A stretch of DNA of 64,000 bases, taken from Bacillales bacterium. Lineage in GTDB: Bacteria > Bacillota_I > Bacilli_A > RF39 > UBA660. The translations under genes were made by a program, and so were the position numbers. The DNA lies in assembly GCA_016282375.1 (NCBI GenBank), contig JAEEKI010000014.1, forward strand, positions 85,791 through 149,790. The letters run 5' to 3'. Below are positions 8,698 through 18,421 of this stretch, one piece after another; positions within the stretch are counted from its first letter, which is position 1, and each line of letters begins with the position of its first letter. Under the pieces are notes generated by a model, which worked only from the letters and a program-made list of their open reading frames with translations, ran no database searches and was not told where the DNA came from.

Positions 8698-10791
8698 TTA
8701 CTCAATTTCAATTTTAAACTTATCTAATAATCCATACTCTTTTATTAATTCTAAAGCGTAATACATTGCTCTATTTGCACTTAAAGTTGATTCAACATAA
8801 CAATTAGCATTTTCTAAGTAGTATGGACTAACAAGATATTTTTCTTCATTACATATTATTGGGTCATTACCAAAATAATATGAATATTTAAATGTAGATT
8901 TATGAATTTTGTTTTGTTTTAATATTTCAGTAAATTTATCTTTATCTAAATCATAAAGTACTTTACAAGTGATAGCTACAAGCTCAAACCATCCTCTTAT
9001 AGTATAAGGTACATTTTCAAAAATAATTGACTTAATTGTTCTCCCAGTAACTTTAAAATTAATATCATTTGCTTTATAAATTCCAGAAGCAAAATCTTCA
9101 GTTACTTCCATAGATTCAAAATCTCTATCTCGTTGTAATGGCCCTACTATATGTCTTAAAGCAAGTCTTGTAATAGTTTCACATCTATTTGTAATTGCAT
9201 TATCATCCCATTTGCAATTCTTATCAATTGAATTGGTTAAAACAAATTGGGCATCCTGTATGTTTTTCTTTTTGTTGTCCCAAATATCATTAGAATTTTC
9301 TGAATTAAGCGGTCTTGATAACAATGCTAAATTACCAATATTATTAATATAAGTATTATAAATTAATGATGCCTTAGCTTCTCCACCTAAATATTCTTTC
9401 CATTCATCGGACAATGTTTGTGGCATTAGATGTTCAACTGTTACTTTTCTTATATCAACCTCGATATTTCTTACTTCTTTGTATTCAAGTTTGTATAATA
9501 ATGCTTTGGCATATGCGGTATTAACATATTTACTTAATGAATTCCTAAATTCTTCATCATCTGGAAATCTTCCACCAGGTGATGGACTATTAGATAACTC
9601 ATATAGTATTGAATCATAATCTAAAGTTATATCATTTTTTGTTATTTTTGACAATAAAGTAAATAAAGTTTTTCTGATATCGCCACTACCATTCGTAGGT
9701 GACACAATACGATATCTAATCATAAAATCAGATAATAAATCTAGTATTTTTCTCAATGTTTCTTTATTGTTCTCATACAGAGTATCGAATAGAATTAATA
9801 GTAAACTATACATATCATCAGACTTTAAAACATTTAATTCTTTCATGATTATATTAATCTTATCATCTGGACAATTTTCGTCTATAAACCAGTTATAATA
9901 TTGTGAATACTTTAGAATCTCACTTAAAATATCTTCTTTTGAAATATTTGTATTATCAAAATATAGTTTAAATGTATTGTACATTTTCTTTTCTTCAGCC
10001 CAAATACCTCTTTTTGTTATTAAGTAGTGTTTTGCAAATTCGGATATCTTTTCTTTATCCTGGTAAAGATTTTCAATTTTAACCCAATAATTATCATATA
10101 ATCTTTTTTGTTCATCTGAATTATTTGATATAAGTAAATAATTTCTTATTAAATCAGCTACACTTAATTCCTTTCCGGTAGAATTAATCTTCTCGAATAT
10201 TTTTTGAACTGCTTCAAGATCTTTTTCAATTTTTAAATTTAAATCAACTATATCAAGATTTGCTGTTGCATTATAAAACTTTACTGCCGTTTCTTCATCA
10301 AAATCAGCAAGCCTATCAATGAAATAGTTATAGTTTTTGAAAAGTTTATTTTCTCTTTCTTCGCTAGAAAGAACACTATTGGTAATAATTTTTTCAAACA
10401 CTCTTAAATCATTGTCAGTTTGTTTTAATTTAACTCTATATTTTTCGTCAGTTTCATCTTCATTTATCAAAAACTTTTTTTCTAATCTTTTAGCTTCTTC
10501 GGCGGAAAGCTTACTTCTTATAGCACATAGCAACAGTAAAATAGTTGTTATCCTTTGCTGACCGTCAACTAAGATGTATTCATTAAATCCAGCACGATCA
10601 TTTTCACCGACATAATATACAATATTTCCAATATAATGACTTTTGTCCTTTTTTATAGAATCTAATATATCATCAAATAATTCACAACATTGTTCTTCAT
10701 CCCATGAGTAATTTCTTTGAAATGGTGGGATAATAAAAACAGTATCACTATTTCCTATAAATCTTCCAACTTTTTCATCTACTGCTTTCAT
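8698..10791 (-). CDS. DUF262/DUF1524 (GmrSD-like) putative modification-dependent (type IV) restriction enzyme
   Basis: N-terminal PPFQRNYSW and DGQQRITT (DUF262/ParB-like NTPase). C-terminal VEHLMPQ ... NIGNLALLSRPLNSENSN (His-Me finger, DUF1524). It starts 10 nt after the dpnB stop with a GGAGG RBS. Confidence 0.8.
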   Translation of the reverse strand: MKAVDEKVGRFIGNSDTVFIIPPFQRNYSWDEEQCCELFDDILDSIKKDKSHYIGNIVYYVGENDRAGFNEYILVDGQQRITTILLLLCAIRSKLSAEEAKRLEKKFLINEDETDEKYRVKLKQTDNDLRVFEKIITNSVLSSEERENKLFKNYNYFIDRLADFDEETAVKFYNATANLDIVDLNLKIEKDLEAVQKIFEKINSTGKELSVADLIRNYLLISNNSDEQKRLYDNYWVKIENLYQDKEKISEFAKHYLITKRGIWAEEKKMYNTFKLYFDNTNISKEDILSEILKYSQYYNWFIDENCPDDKINIIMKELNVLKSDDMYSLLLILFDTLYENNKETLRKILDLLSDFMIRYRIVSPTNGSGDIRKTLFTLLSKITKNDITLDYDSILYELSNSPSPGGRFPDDEEFRNSLSKYVNTAYAKALLYKLEYKEVRNIEVDIRKVTVEHLMPQTLSDEWKEYLGGEAKASLIYNTYINNIGNLALLSRPLNSENSNDIWDNKKKNIQDAQFVLTNSIDKNCKWDDNAITNRCETITRLALRHIVGPLQRDRDFESMEVTEDFASGIYKANDINFKVTGRTIKSIIFENVPYTIRGWFELVAITCKVLYDLDKDKFTEILKQNKIHKSTFKYSYYFGNDPIICNEEKYLVSPYYLENANCYVESTLSANRAMYYALELIKEYGLLDKFKIEIE

Positions 10792-10801
10792 TTGTACCTC
10801 C

Positions 10802-11659
10802 TTATTTTAAGTGCTCCAACACACCATTATCCAAATCTTCTATATTATATAATGTTTCAAGCTCATTAAATGTTTCTTCTAAATTCTTTTTTGCACCTTT
10901 CCATCCTAAACCGTCAGTAAACCAAATAAATGTTACGCCATTTACTTTTTTTGATTCTTCAGCTAACATTTTATAACTTCTTGCTGTCTCATTTAATTTA
11001 GAACCTCCAGATGAGTAAAAATTAGTTTCAATAACATATACATTTTTATCAGTCTTTATTACAAAATCAAATCTTTTGGTTGAAACATTATTTCCAGACA
11101 TAGCTGATAAATCCATATTCCATTTCTTTTCAATTTCTGATAAATACATTTCCTTGAAATATGTTTCATTCTTTTTATAACCTGCTTTAATAATATATTC
11201 TTCAACCAAATTCTCCATCAGATGTCCACCACGATTTTTTCTACCATTTGAATCAAGTCCTACTTCAACCCCAAGTAGATAGTCATATAGATTGTTTATA
11301 ATATGATTTTGTAACAATTCAAATAGCCCAGTCTCTCTCATAAATTTAATATAATCTCCAACAGAATATATCATTTTATTAAATTTAAATAAATATTCAT
11401 TTGTACTGTCTTTAACGAATATTTCATTTGACCTTACAGCTAATAAAAGAGGTATAACTTCTAATGTTTCTGGATACTTTAAAATAATATTTTCAAAATC
11501 CTTTTCAATAGTTTTACTTCCAATTAATGAGTTTAAAATATTAAGCTCTACTTTGTATTTTTCAGCAGATTTATATATTTTTTCAAAATCTACATAATAC
11601 CCATAATTTGAAATACTTGTTTTTAAATTGTTAAACCATATATTAAAATCTCTATTCAT
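10802..11659 (-). CDS. dpnB: type II restriction endonuclease, DpnII/MboI family (GATC)
   Basis: Long colinear similarity to my recollection of S. pneumoniae DpnII (LNSLIGSK, LLQNH, GVEVG-D-NGRKNR, KRFDFVIK, GSKLNETARSYKM). 8-nt overlap with dpnA. Confidence 0.85.
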   Translation of the reverse strand: MNRDFNIWFNNLKTSISNYGYYVDFEKIYKSAEKYKVELNILNSLIGSKTIEKDFENIILKYPETLEVIPLLLAVRSNEIFVKDSTNEYLFKFNKMIYSVGDYIKFMRETGLFELLQNHIINNLYDYLLGVEVGLDSNGRKNRGGHLMENLVEEYIIKAGYKKNETYFKEMYLSEIEKKWNMDLSAMSGNNVSTKRFDFVIKTDKNVYVIETNFYSSGGSKLNETARSYKMLAEESKKVNGVTFIWFTDGLGWKGAKKNLEETFNELETLYNIEDLDNGVLEHLK

Positions 11660-12419
11660 TTTTCTCTTCCTTTCTTTTAATAGTTAAGTCCAGATATTCT
11701 TTTTCTAAATCTATACCTATATATTTTCTTTTAAGTTTATTTGCAACAATTCCAGTTGTTCCACTTCCATTAAAAGGATCTAATATCAAATCGCCCTCAT
11801 CGGTTGATGCTAAAATTAATTTTTCTAATATTACCATTGGTTTTTGGGTAGGATGTTTACCGCATTTCTTTTCACTAGGCTTTGTTAATGATGATTCCCA
11901 AACATCTTTTGCTTGCTTTCCACCATTCAATTCTTTCATCAATTGATAATTAAATTTATGTTTTGCTTTTTTTATATCTTTTTTTGCCCACAATATTGTT
12001 TCTGTTGAATGAACAAAATACCTACAACTAATATTTGGTGGTGGATTCAGTTTTTTCCATGTTATATTATTTATAATTTTAAAACCTTCTTGTTCTAAAG
12101 CCATACCAATTGAATAAATATTATGAAGTGTTCCACTTATCCATATAGTTCCTTCATCTTTTAAGATGTTATAACATAACCTTATCCATTCTCTATTAAA
12201 CTTATGTTTTTCTTCAATTCCTATTTTCTTATCCCATTTTCCTTTATTAACAGAAACCATCTTTCCACCACTGCAAGAAATACCATTACCAGATAAAAAG
12301 TAAGGTGGATCAGCAAATATCATATCTACACTTTGTGGCTTAAATTTTTTCAATAATAAAAGTGCATCTCCATGTAGTAATTTAAAATCATCATCTTCGT
12401 AGTAATAATTATTACTCAT
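11652..12419 (-). CDS. dpnA: N6-adenine DNA methyltransferase, DpnA-like (beta class)
   Basis: FADPPYF near the N-terminus and DPFNGSGTTG near the C-terminus. GGAGGTG RBS precedes the ATG at 12419. Confidence 0.85.
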   Translation of the reverse strand: MSNNYYYEDDDFKLLHGDALLLLKKFKPQSVDMIFADPPYFLSGNGISCSGGKMVSVNKGKWDKKIGIEEKHKFNREWIRLCYNILKDEGTIWISGTLHNIYSIGMALEQEGFKIINNITWKKLNPPPNISCRYFVHSTETILWAKKDIKKAKHKFNYQLMKELNGGKQAKDVWESSLTKPSEKKCGKHPTQKPMVILEKLILASTDEGDLILDPFNGSGTTGIVANKLKRKYIGIDLEKEYLDLTIKRKEEKNE

Positions 12420-12442
12420 GTAATGCACCTCCATTATTGATA

Positions 12443-14188
12443 TTAACTTTTAAATATATCTAAATAATCACGAAGTTGTTTGCCAACTGTAGTTGAATTA
12501 TATACGTTTTTTAATCTCTCTTTAATATAAGTAGTGTAATTTGTATTATTCTTTAAAAAGTACGATGAATAATTAGTTTGAACATTACCATCTTCCTTTG
12601 CGTCTTTAAATGTTTGATTTATTGTTTCAGCAATATACTTAAATAATTCATCAATTTTAGGACTAATCTCATTAATACTATTTACAGAAAAAATTCTATT
12701 TTTAAATCTGCATTCTCCAACTTTATCCTCTTTAGGATTAGTTGCTAATCCTTTAATTTTGAGTAACAAGCATACACTAGCTAAAATACTCCACATTCCT
12801 TCTTGTATAATTGAATATAATTCGCCATTTATATCTATCCCACCATTTTCAATGCTATTGTAGTTCTTTTTAAAATCATTTCTAAAATTTAAATATTTGT
12901 TATACAGCATTACTAAGTCATAATAAAGATTATAATTGTGTTCTGTATTATAAACTTTATCATAATATGTATCCATTAAACTATTTTTTGAGGCTTTGGC
13001 AGAACCAGGATTTTGAAAAATACAGGATAATATGATTTGTCCCAAAGTTAAGTTATCAATATGCTGCCATTTGCTTAAAGAATCAGGACGAATTTCTGTA
13101 CTTCTTTTTATTTTAATATCCAGTTTTAAATCGTTTGCTAAAGCACCGTTCCGTAATTTTTGTTGTTCCTCTGAATTTGCACGTGTATCTCGTAAATTTA
13201 TAGATTTCTGATAATTTGTTGCAATTGAAATATCTTGTAAATATTTCTTAGCTAACTCCATTTTTTTATACGGGGCAACTACTACCTTACAAAGAACATA
13301 AAAATCGTAGCCATCAACAATTTTTTTTGACATTCCAATGTTTGTTGTTGTTTGAGCTCCATTGATAATAGAAAAATTTTTTAAATGAATAGTATTATTT
13401 TTTATCTCACATTTTTCGCATCCAATTGTCAACCCGTTGTTTTTATACCAAAAGTTTTTAGAATCGTTATCTATTGTTTCATTTATCGATTTATCAACTT
13501 TGATACCATTTATCTTTTCACGTAGGTTATAACTAAATAAACCTTTAAACTTCTTTTGATTATATAGCTTTTTTATTGAATTAGCAGAAACATTCACAAT
13601 AAAACCGTTTTTACTGTATCTTAAGACATTATTATGTGAGTCTATATCAAGTGTATAATCATCAACTTTCTTATTTGGATCATTCATAAAAACTTGATTT
13701 TCAATGTCTTCTTTATCATAGATTACTATTTCATATCCTTTTCTTTGATATTCATTAGTATCTTTTAATTCAGGTTTTAATTTATTCTTATAAAAAAGAA
13801 CCAAGTATATCTTTGAAACATCATCCATGACATCTAACATCTTCTCTGCCAAAGAAGGCTTTATATTTGAAAAATCATTTTTCTTTATTTCCTCAATGGT
13901 TCTAATTATATTATCAAACACGTTATGAATACCATTTCTTAAAATAGAATTTTGGGTTTTGCCCTGTATTAAAAAAAGTTCACCATCATCATTTTTATAA
14001 ATATAATCTATTCCACCATCCCCACAACCATCAACAAACCCTTCTGAAATATCGTTAACTCCAATATTGTCAGAAAAATAAAAGCTACTTACCTGTTGAA
14101 TAGTAAATAAAAACCTAGGATTTTCATATATTCCTTTTTTTACTCCCGCATCATTACACATTGATTTTAACGATTTTTCTGAAATCAC
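12443..14188 (-). CDS. AIPR-family (abortive-infection phage resistance) protein
   Basis: N-terminal GCGDGGIDYIY...FLIQGKT nuclease-like motif and central NGLTI / INGAQTT motifs, as I recall for AIPR proteins. GTG start with GGAGG RBS. Located between dpnM and dpnA. Confidence 0.6.
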   Translation of the reverse strand: MISEKSLKSMCNDAGVKKGIYENPRFLFTIQQVSSFYFSDNIGVNDISEGFVDGCGDGGIDYIYKNDDGELFLIQGKTQNSILRNGIHNVFDNIIRTIEEIKKNDFSNIKPSLAEKMLDVMDDVSKIYLVLFYKNKLKPELKDTNEYQRKGYEIVIYDKEDIENQVFMNDPNKKVDDYTLDIDSHNNVLRYSKNGFIVNVSANSIKKLYNQKKFKGLFSYNLREKINGIKVDKSINETIDNDSKNFWYKNNGLTIGCEKCEIKNNTIHLKNFSIINGAQTTTNIGMSKKIVDGYDFYVLCKVVVAPYKKMELAKKYLQDISIATNYQKSINLRDTRANSEEQQKLRNGALANDLKLDIKIKRSTEIRPDSLSKWQHIDNLTLGQIILSCIFQNPGSAKASKNSLMDTYYDKVYNTEHNYNLYYDLVMLYNKYLNFRNDFKKNYNSIENGGIDINGELYSIIQEGMWSILASVCLLLKIKGLATNPKEDKVGECRFKNRIFSVNSINEISPKIDELFKYIAETINQTFKDAKEDGNVQTNYSSYFLKNNTNYTTYIKERLKNVYNSTTVGKQLRDYLDIFKS

Positions 14189-14201
14189 ACTAAATACCTC
14201 C

Positions 14202-15032
14202 TTAGTAATTTGTTATAATTACTTCTTCTACTTTTCCTCTCTTTTTGCCATTTGCATTTATATTTCTTTTAGCTTCAATAACATGAATATTAAAATCTTT
14301 ATATAATTCATTGATTAATGAAGTATTGTGATTTGAAAGCATTACATAGCATCCTTTATCAGCAAGTTTTTTATATACTTTTGCAAGTTTTTTTTGTTCC
14401 TCTTTTCCAAATCCGTATTCTGTATAACTATTAAATGTTGTTGTATCCGAATCATAAGGTGGATCGAAGTAGATAAAGTCCTCTTTTTTAGCATCCTTCA
14501 CAGCTTCTTCAAAATCTACGCTCAATATTTTTACATCGTTCATTGTTAAATAATTGCTTACTGTTATCAAATTTTCACCATCATAGGTATTAACTTTTGC
14601 TTTCTTACCAAATGGAACATTAAACTCATTCTTACTATTTACTCTGTACAATCCATTGAAACACGATTTATTTAAATAAATAGTTCTTCCTGCCCTTGTA
14701 TAATCTGATAGTCTATTAAATGATGCTTTATTTCTATCTTTATTTCTTATTTCATAATAGAATTCTTCACTATGATTTGCTTCATAACCATTTAAAACAT
14801 TGCACATCTTTTTAAATTTATTTTCATTACATAAAACATTATAAACATTTATTAACTCTTTATTGTAATCGTTTATTACGGCTTTCTTTGGTGATAATTC
14901 AAACAATAAAGCTCCACCACCTACAAATGGCTCATAGTATGTGTCAAAATCAGCAGGGACGTATTCTAATAATTTTTCAATTATTTGCCTTTTACCGCCC
15001 GCCCATTTGACAAATGGTTTTCCTTTTATCAT
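14202..15032 (-). CDS. dpnM: Dam-type N6-adenine DNA methyltransferase (GATC), DpnM-like
   Basis: FVKWAGGKRQ, EPFVGGGA and FIYFDPPY motifs (alpha class). GGAGGT RBS precedes the internal ATG at 15032. Confidence 0.85.
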   Translation of the reverse strand: MIKGKPFVKWAGGKRQIIEKLLEYVPADFDTYYEPFVGGGALLFELSPKKAVINDYNKELINVYNVLCNENKFKKMCNVLNGYEANHSEEFYYEIRNKDRNKASFNRLSDYTRAGRTIYLNKSCFNGLYRVNSKNEFNVPFGKKAKVNTYDGENLITVSNYLTMNDVKILSVDFEEAVKDAKKEDFIYFDPPYDSDTTTFNSYTEYGFGKEEQKKLAKVYKKLADKGCYVMLSNHNTSLINELYKDFNIHVIEAKRNINANGKKRGKVEEVIITNY

Positions 15033-15282
15033 CGTTATCAACCTCCAAGGTGTACTCATGTTAATTATATCATTAATTCTTCACTTTTCATATATTATTA
15101 AAAATAATCGGATTATCTTTATAATATCTTTTTTTATGAAAATAATTATCAAACATATATGTATCGATATCATCATAATCAACGTTATCAATTACATAAC
15201 TAACTATCGTTTTGGTCTCAAATATATCGTTGTTTTTTAGATATTTTAATTAGATAATGCATGTAAAATTTTATGTAGAGGC

Positions 15283-16908
15283 TTAACTTTTTTCTTTTTC
15301 CTTTATTTTCTTATAAAAATTAGCAACTACATTATCAGTAATTATAGAACCAGCATTGATTTTTTCAGTTAAATATAATTTGTCATAATTTGCACAACGT
15401 GATAAAGCAACATATGCTTGGCCAGGTGCAAAACAACTATCCAAATTGCAAGCAATTTGTTGATAAGTCATTCCTTGAGATTTATGGATTGTAATTGCAT
15501 AAGCAAGAATTAAGGGAAATTGACTTACACTTGATTCAACTATATATTCTAATTTTCCTTCATCCCTATCATATTCACATTTATATTTATTAAATGTTAC
15601 TGGAGAAATCTCGTAATCTGTTCCATTAATAGTAACCTTTATAAGTGTTGGCGATAATGAAGATATAATTCCTAACGTTCCATTAACCCACCTCTTATTC
15701 TCTTGATCATTTGTAATCATCATGACTAACGCACCAACTTTTAATTTCAAATCAAAATCACAAGGAAAATCGGTTTCTTTTAAGTTATTATCTCCTACTA
15801 GTATATTAGCTTGATACTCAAATAGTTGACTTCCAAGTTTATCAAGATTTTCCATATTAATACTATTAGCTTCATTTTTCTTAGGCACAACCTGAACTAC
15901 TCTTCTGGGTACATCTTTTACATAATGCCTATTTAATGATTTTATTTGCTGCTCATTGATATTTCCTATTCTTATGTCATTTAAAATTTCAATAAACTCT
16001 TGATCTTTTTGCCTAAATATTTCTTCAATTTCCCTAAACTTAAAATTGCCATTTTTATATGCGGGAGAATTAAAGAAAAATACTCCACCATATTTATCTG
16101 TAAAGAATTCAACCTCTTCTTTTTTTGCAACTGGAGGTAATTGAAATAAATCTCCAAACAGTATTATTTGTTTCCCACCAAATGGTCGCTCATTTCTATT
16201 CGCTACTTTTAAAATCTTATCGACCTGATTAAAAACATCCACCCTAACCATTGAAATTTCATCAATAACTAATGTATCAATGCTTTTAAATAATGATAGG
16301 TTATTAGAAGATAACTTTATTTCACTTTCATCAATTAAATTATTCCATCCGAATGCTGAATGTAATGTAACGCCATTTATATTTAAAGCTGCTATTCCAG
16401 TTGGCGCACAATACAATACTTTTTTCTTTGTCTTTGCACGAAAGTATTTCAATAAGTAGCTTTTACCAGTACCAGCCTTTCCTGTTATAAATATGTTTGT
16501 GTTAGTATTTTCCATTATTTTGAATATTTCACTTTTTTCTTTGTTTAAATCTTCTAAATCATGAACTTCTTTTGGTTGCGCTTTTATCTCATCAGTTGGC
16601 TTATCTTCTGTCTTAGTTTTTTCTATTAATTCAAGCGCTTCATCCAATACATTTAGAGTTAAAGAGTCATTCTTAATTTCTGTATAATTACTTAATTCTT
16701 CTAGCAATTTATCATTTTGTCGCTTTAATTCTTCTATCTTAGCATTATTTGATTCAATTATTTTATTTTTATTATTTAAATCAGATTTAATATTTTTTAT
16801 TAAATCATTCATTGATTTGATATCATTTTGCAAATTTCCTATATCTTGATTTTTTTGATAAATTATTATTGTTAAAATTATTATTACTATTATTAATACA
16901 TAAATCAT
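15283..16908 (-). CDS. Pif1/RecD-like SF1 helicase with N-terminal TM helix and coiled coil
   Basis: MIYVLIIVIIILTIIIY TM helix, then a ~60-aa heptad-like region. Helicase motifs ITGKAGTGKSYLL, VIDEISMV, FGDLFQLPPV, TIHKSQGMTY and YVALSRC. Confidence 0.75.
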   Translation of the reverse strand: MIYVLIIVIIILTIIIYQKNQDIGNLQNDIKSMNDLIKNIKSDLNNKNKIIESNNAKIEELKRQNDKLLEELSNYTEIKNDSLTLNVLDEALELIEKTKTEDKPTDEIKAQPKEVHDLEDLNKEKSEIFKIMENTNTNIFITGKAGTGKSYLLKYFRAKTKKKVLYCAPTGIAALNINGVTLHSAFGWNNLIDESEIKLSSNNLSLFKSIDTLVIDEISMVRVDVFNQVDKILKVANRNERPFGGKQIILFGDLFQLPPVAKKEEVEFFTDKYGGVFFFNSPAYKNGNFKFREIEEIFRQKDQEFIEILNDIRIGNINEQQIKSLNRHYVKDVPRRVVQVVPKKNEANSINMENLDKLGSQLFEYQANILVGDNNLKETDFPCDFDLKLKVGALVMMITNDQENKRWVNGTLGIISSLSPTLIKVTINGTDYEISPVTFNKYKCEYDRDEGKLEYIVESSVSQFPLILAYAITIHKSQGMTYQQIACNLDSCFAPGQAYVALSRCANYDKLYLTEKINAGSIITDNVVANFYKKIKEKEKS

Positions 16909-17352
16909 AAATACCTCTATTTAAAATCTAATAATGGTAGTGTCATTTATCTGAACCGAAACATTGATAACTCTTAGGAAATATATATCTTTAATCATTG
17001 ACCTCTTTACACCAACCATTTAACTTATTTAAAAATCCACTTTTTGAATCCGTGATAATTGCTTATTTTTCCATGATCCATCCAAATACTGACTTATCTT
17101 TGCTTTTAACAAATTTCGTTTTTGTCACCTTATAATTAGCGTTAGAATATACCAAATTATTACATCTATCATACATCTTGATTATTTCATAATTAATTTG
17201 GATGTCAGCTAGTTTTATTCTTACACACATTTACTACTTATTTCCCTTACTATAATAAGTATAACATATCTATTATATAAATAATAGTTCAATAAAAAGC
17301 CTTGTTTTATAAGGATTTTTATTACTTAAATTAACATATATACATTTTATAA

Positions 17353-18363
17353 TTATTTAACATTTATCTCTTTTATAATACTCTCTCCATGAGTTTTAAT
17401 CTTAACTGGAGTTAAGATATTAGCAATCTTAAGTTCTTCAATGGTTTTAGGTCTTAGTTCTACTAACTTATCTAGTTCATCATTAGTAAATACATAATAA
17501 GCTGGTATTCCCATTTCAGTTGACCTATTTTTACGTAGTTCAATTAATCGTTCTTTTAAATTATCATTAACAGGTACACTATTTTGACAATATTTATTCT
17601 TATAATAGTCATAATAATTAATATCTTCTTTAATAGATAATTCTAAATATGATTTTGCTAGTTCTTCCATGGATTTTCTTGAATCAAATGATTCATCATT
17701 ACCTCGATGGTTTATGTCGTATTCCATTTGTCTTACTAAAGCATCAGCTCTTAAAACTTTATATTTAATATCTTTTGGAGCACGATTAGTATTTAAAATC
17801 GTATCTTGATTAGCGGCTACTACTAAAACTCTTCGATAGTAATCAAAATTCTTGGAAGCAAAAAACTTTCTTATTCTGGAAGTATTACTTTCCCATATTT
17901 TTCTTACTACTTCTCTTTGTGCTTCAACTTGTCTTAAAGGAGAATACATTCCCTTTTTTATTTTCTTACCATTAATAACATATTCTCTTATAAAATCGCC
18001 TTTATCAGTAACTGTAATATTACCTACTAGATTTTTACATTCAATATAATAAATATAAACAGGCGTAATTATTACATAGTCTATTTGGGCAGTTAAATCC
18101 TCATATTTTAATTTAATATCTCTTAAAACATACATGCCTATATGAGCTTTCTTTAGTTGATAAGCTATCTCATTTTCTCCATCTAAGCCTTTTTTAACAA
18201 TATAAAGTTCACTCATTAAGTCTTCGTTATTAGGATATTCTTCATTTAATTTTTTTAATGCATCATACTTACTTTGTAAATCACTATCTTCTTTATAAAA
18301 AACAGTATCTTTAAATCTAAAGGCATCAAATGCTGAATCTATTACACTATCTATTAGTCCCAT
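17353..18363 (-). CDS. NERD-domain protein with C-terminal HRDC/HhH-like tail
   Basis: GLDGENEIAYQL...QIDYVIITPVYIYYIECKN matches the NERD pattern. The C-terminus IPAYYVFTNDELDKLVELRPKTIEEL resembles an HRDC-like helix bundle. Confidence 0.65.
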   Translation of the reverse strand: MGLIDSVIDSAFDAFRFKDTVFYKEDSDLQSKYDALKKLNEEYPNNEDLMSELYIVKKGLDGENEIAYQLKKAHIGMYVLRDIKLKYEDLTAQIDYVIITPVYIYYIECKNLVGNITVTDKGDFIREYVINGKKIKKGMYSPLRQVEAQREVVRKIWESNTSRIRKFFASKNFDYYRRVLVVAANQDTILNTNRAPKDIKYKVLRADALVRQMEYDINHRGNDESFDSRKSMEELAKSYLELSIKEDINYYDYYKNKYCQNSVPVNDNLKERLIELRKNRSTEMGIPAYYVFTNDELDKLVELRPKTIEELKIANILTPVKIKTHGESIIKEINVK

Positions 18364-18398
18364 TTATATCACCAATTTCATTATATCACACAAAAGAT

Positions 18399-18421
18399 TA
18401 CTTCAAGTAAAAAAGACTACT
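18399..18421 (-). terminator. terminator overlapping the UvrD-like stop codon
   Basis: AAGACTAC-TGA-GTAGTCTT followed by TTTTTT (minus strand). Confidence 0.65.

Noticed and set aside
16980-17230. 55-codon minus-strand ORF (MCVRIKLADIQINYE...) that would continue for 23 more codons after an in-frame TAA
   Set aside because: It could be a decayed gene remnant in the 444-bp spacer between the NERD and Pif1-like genes. It has no recognisable motif or clear RBS and is below a reliable length.
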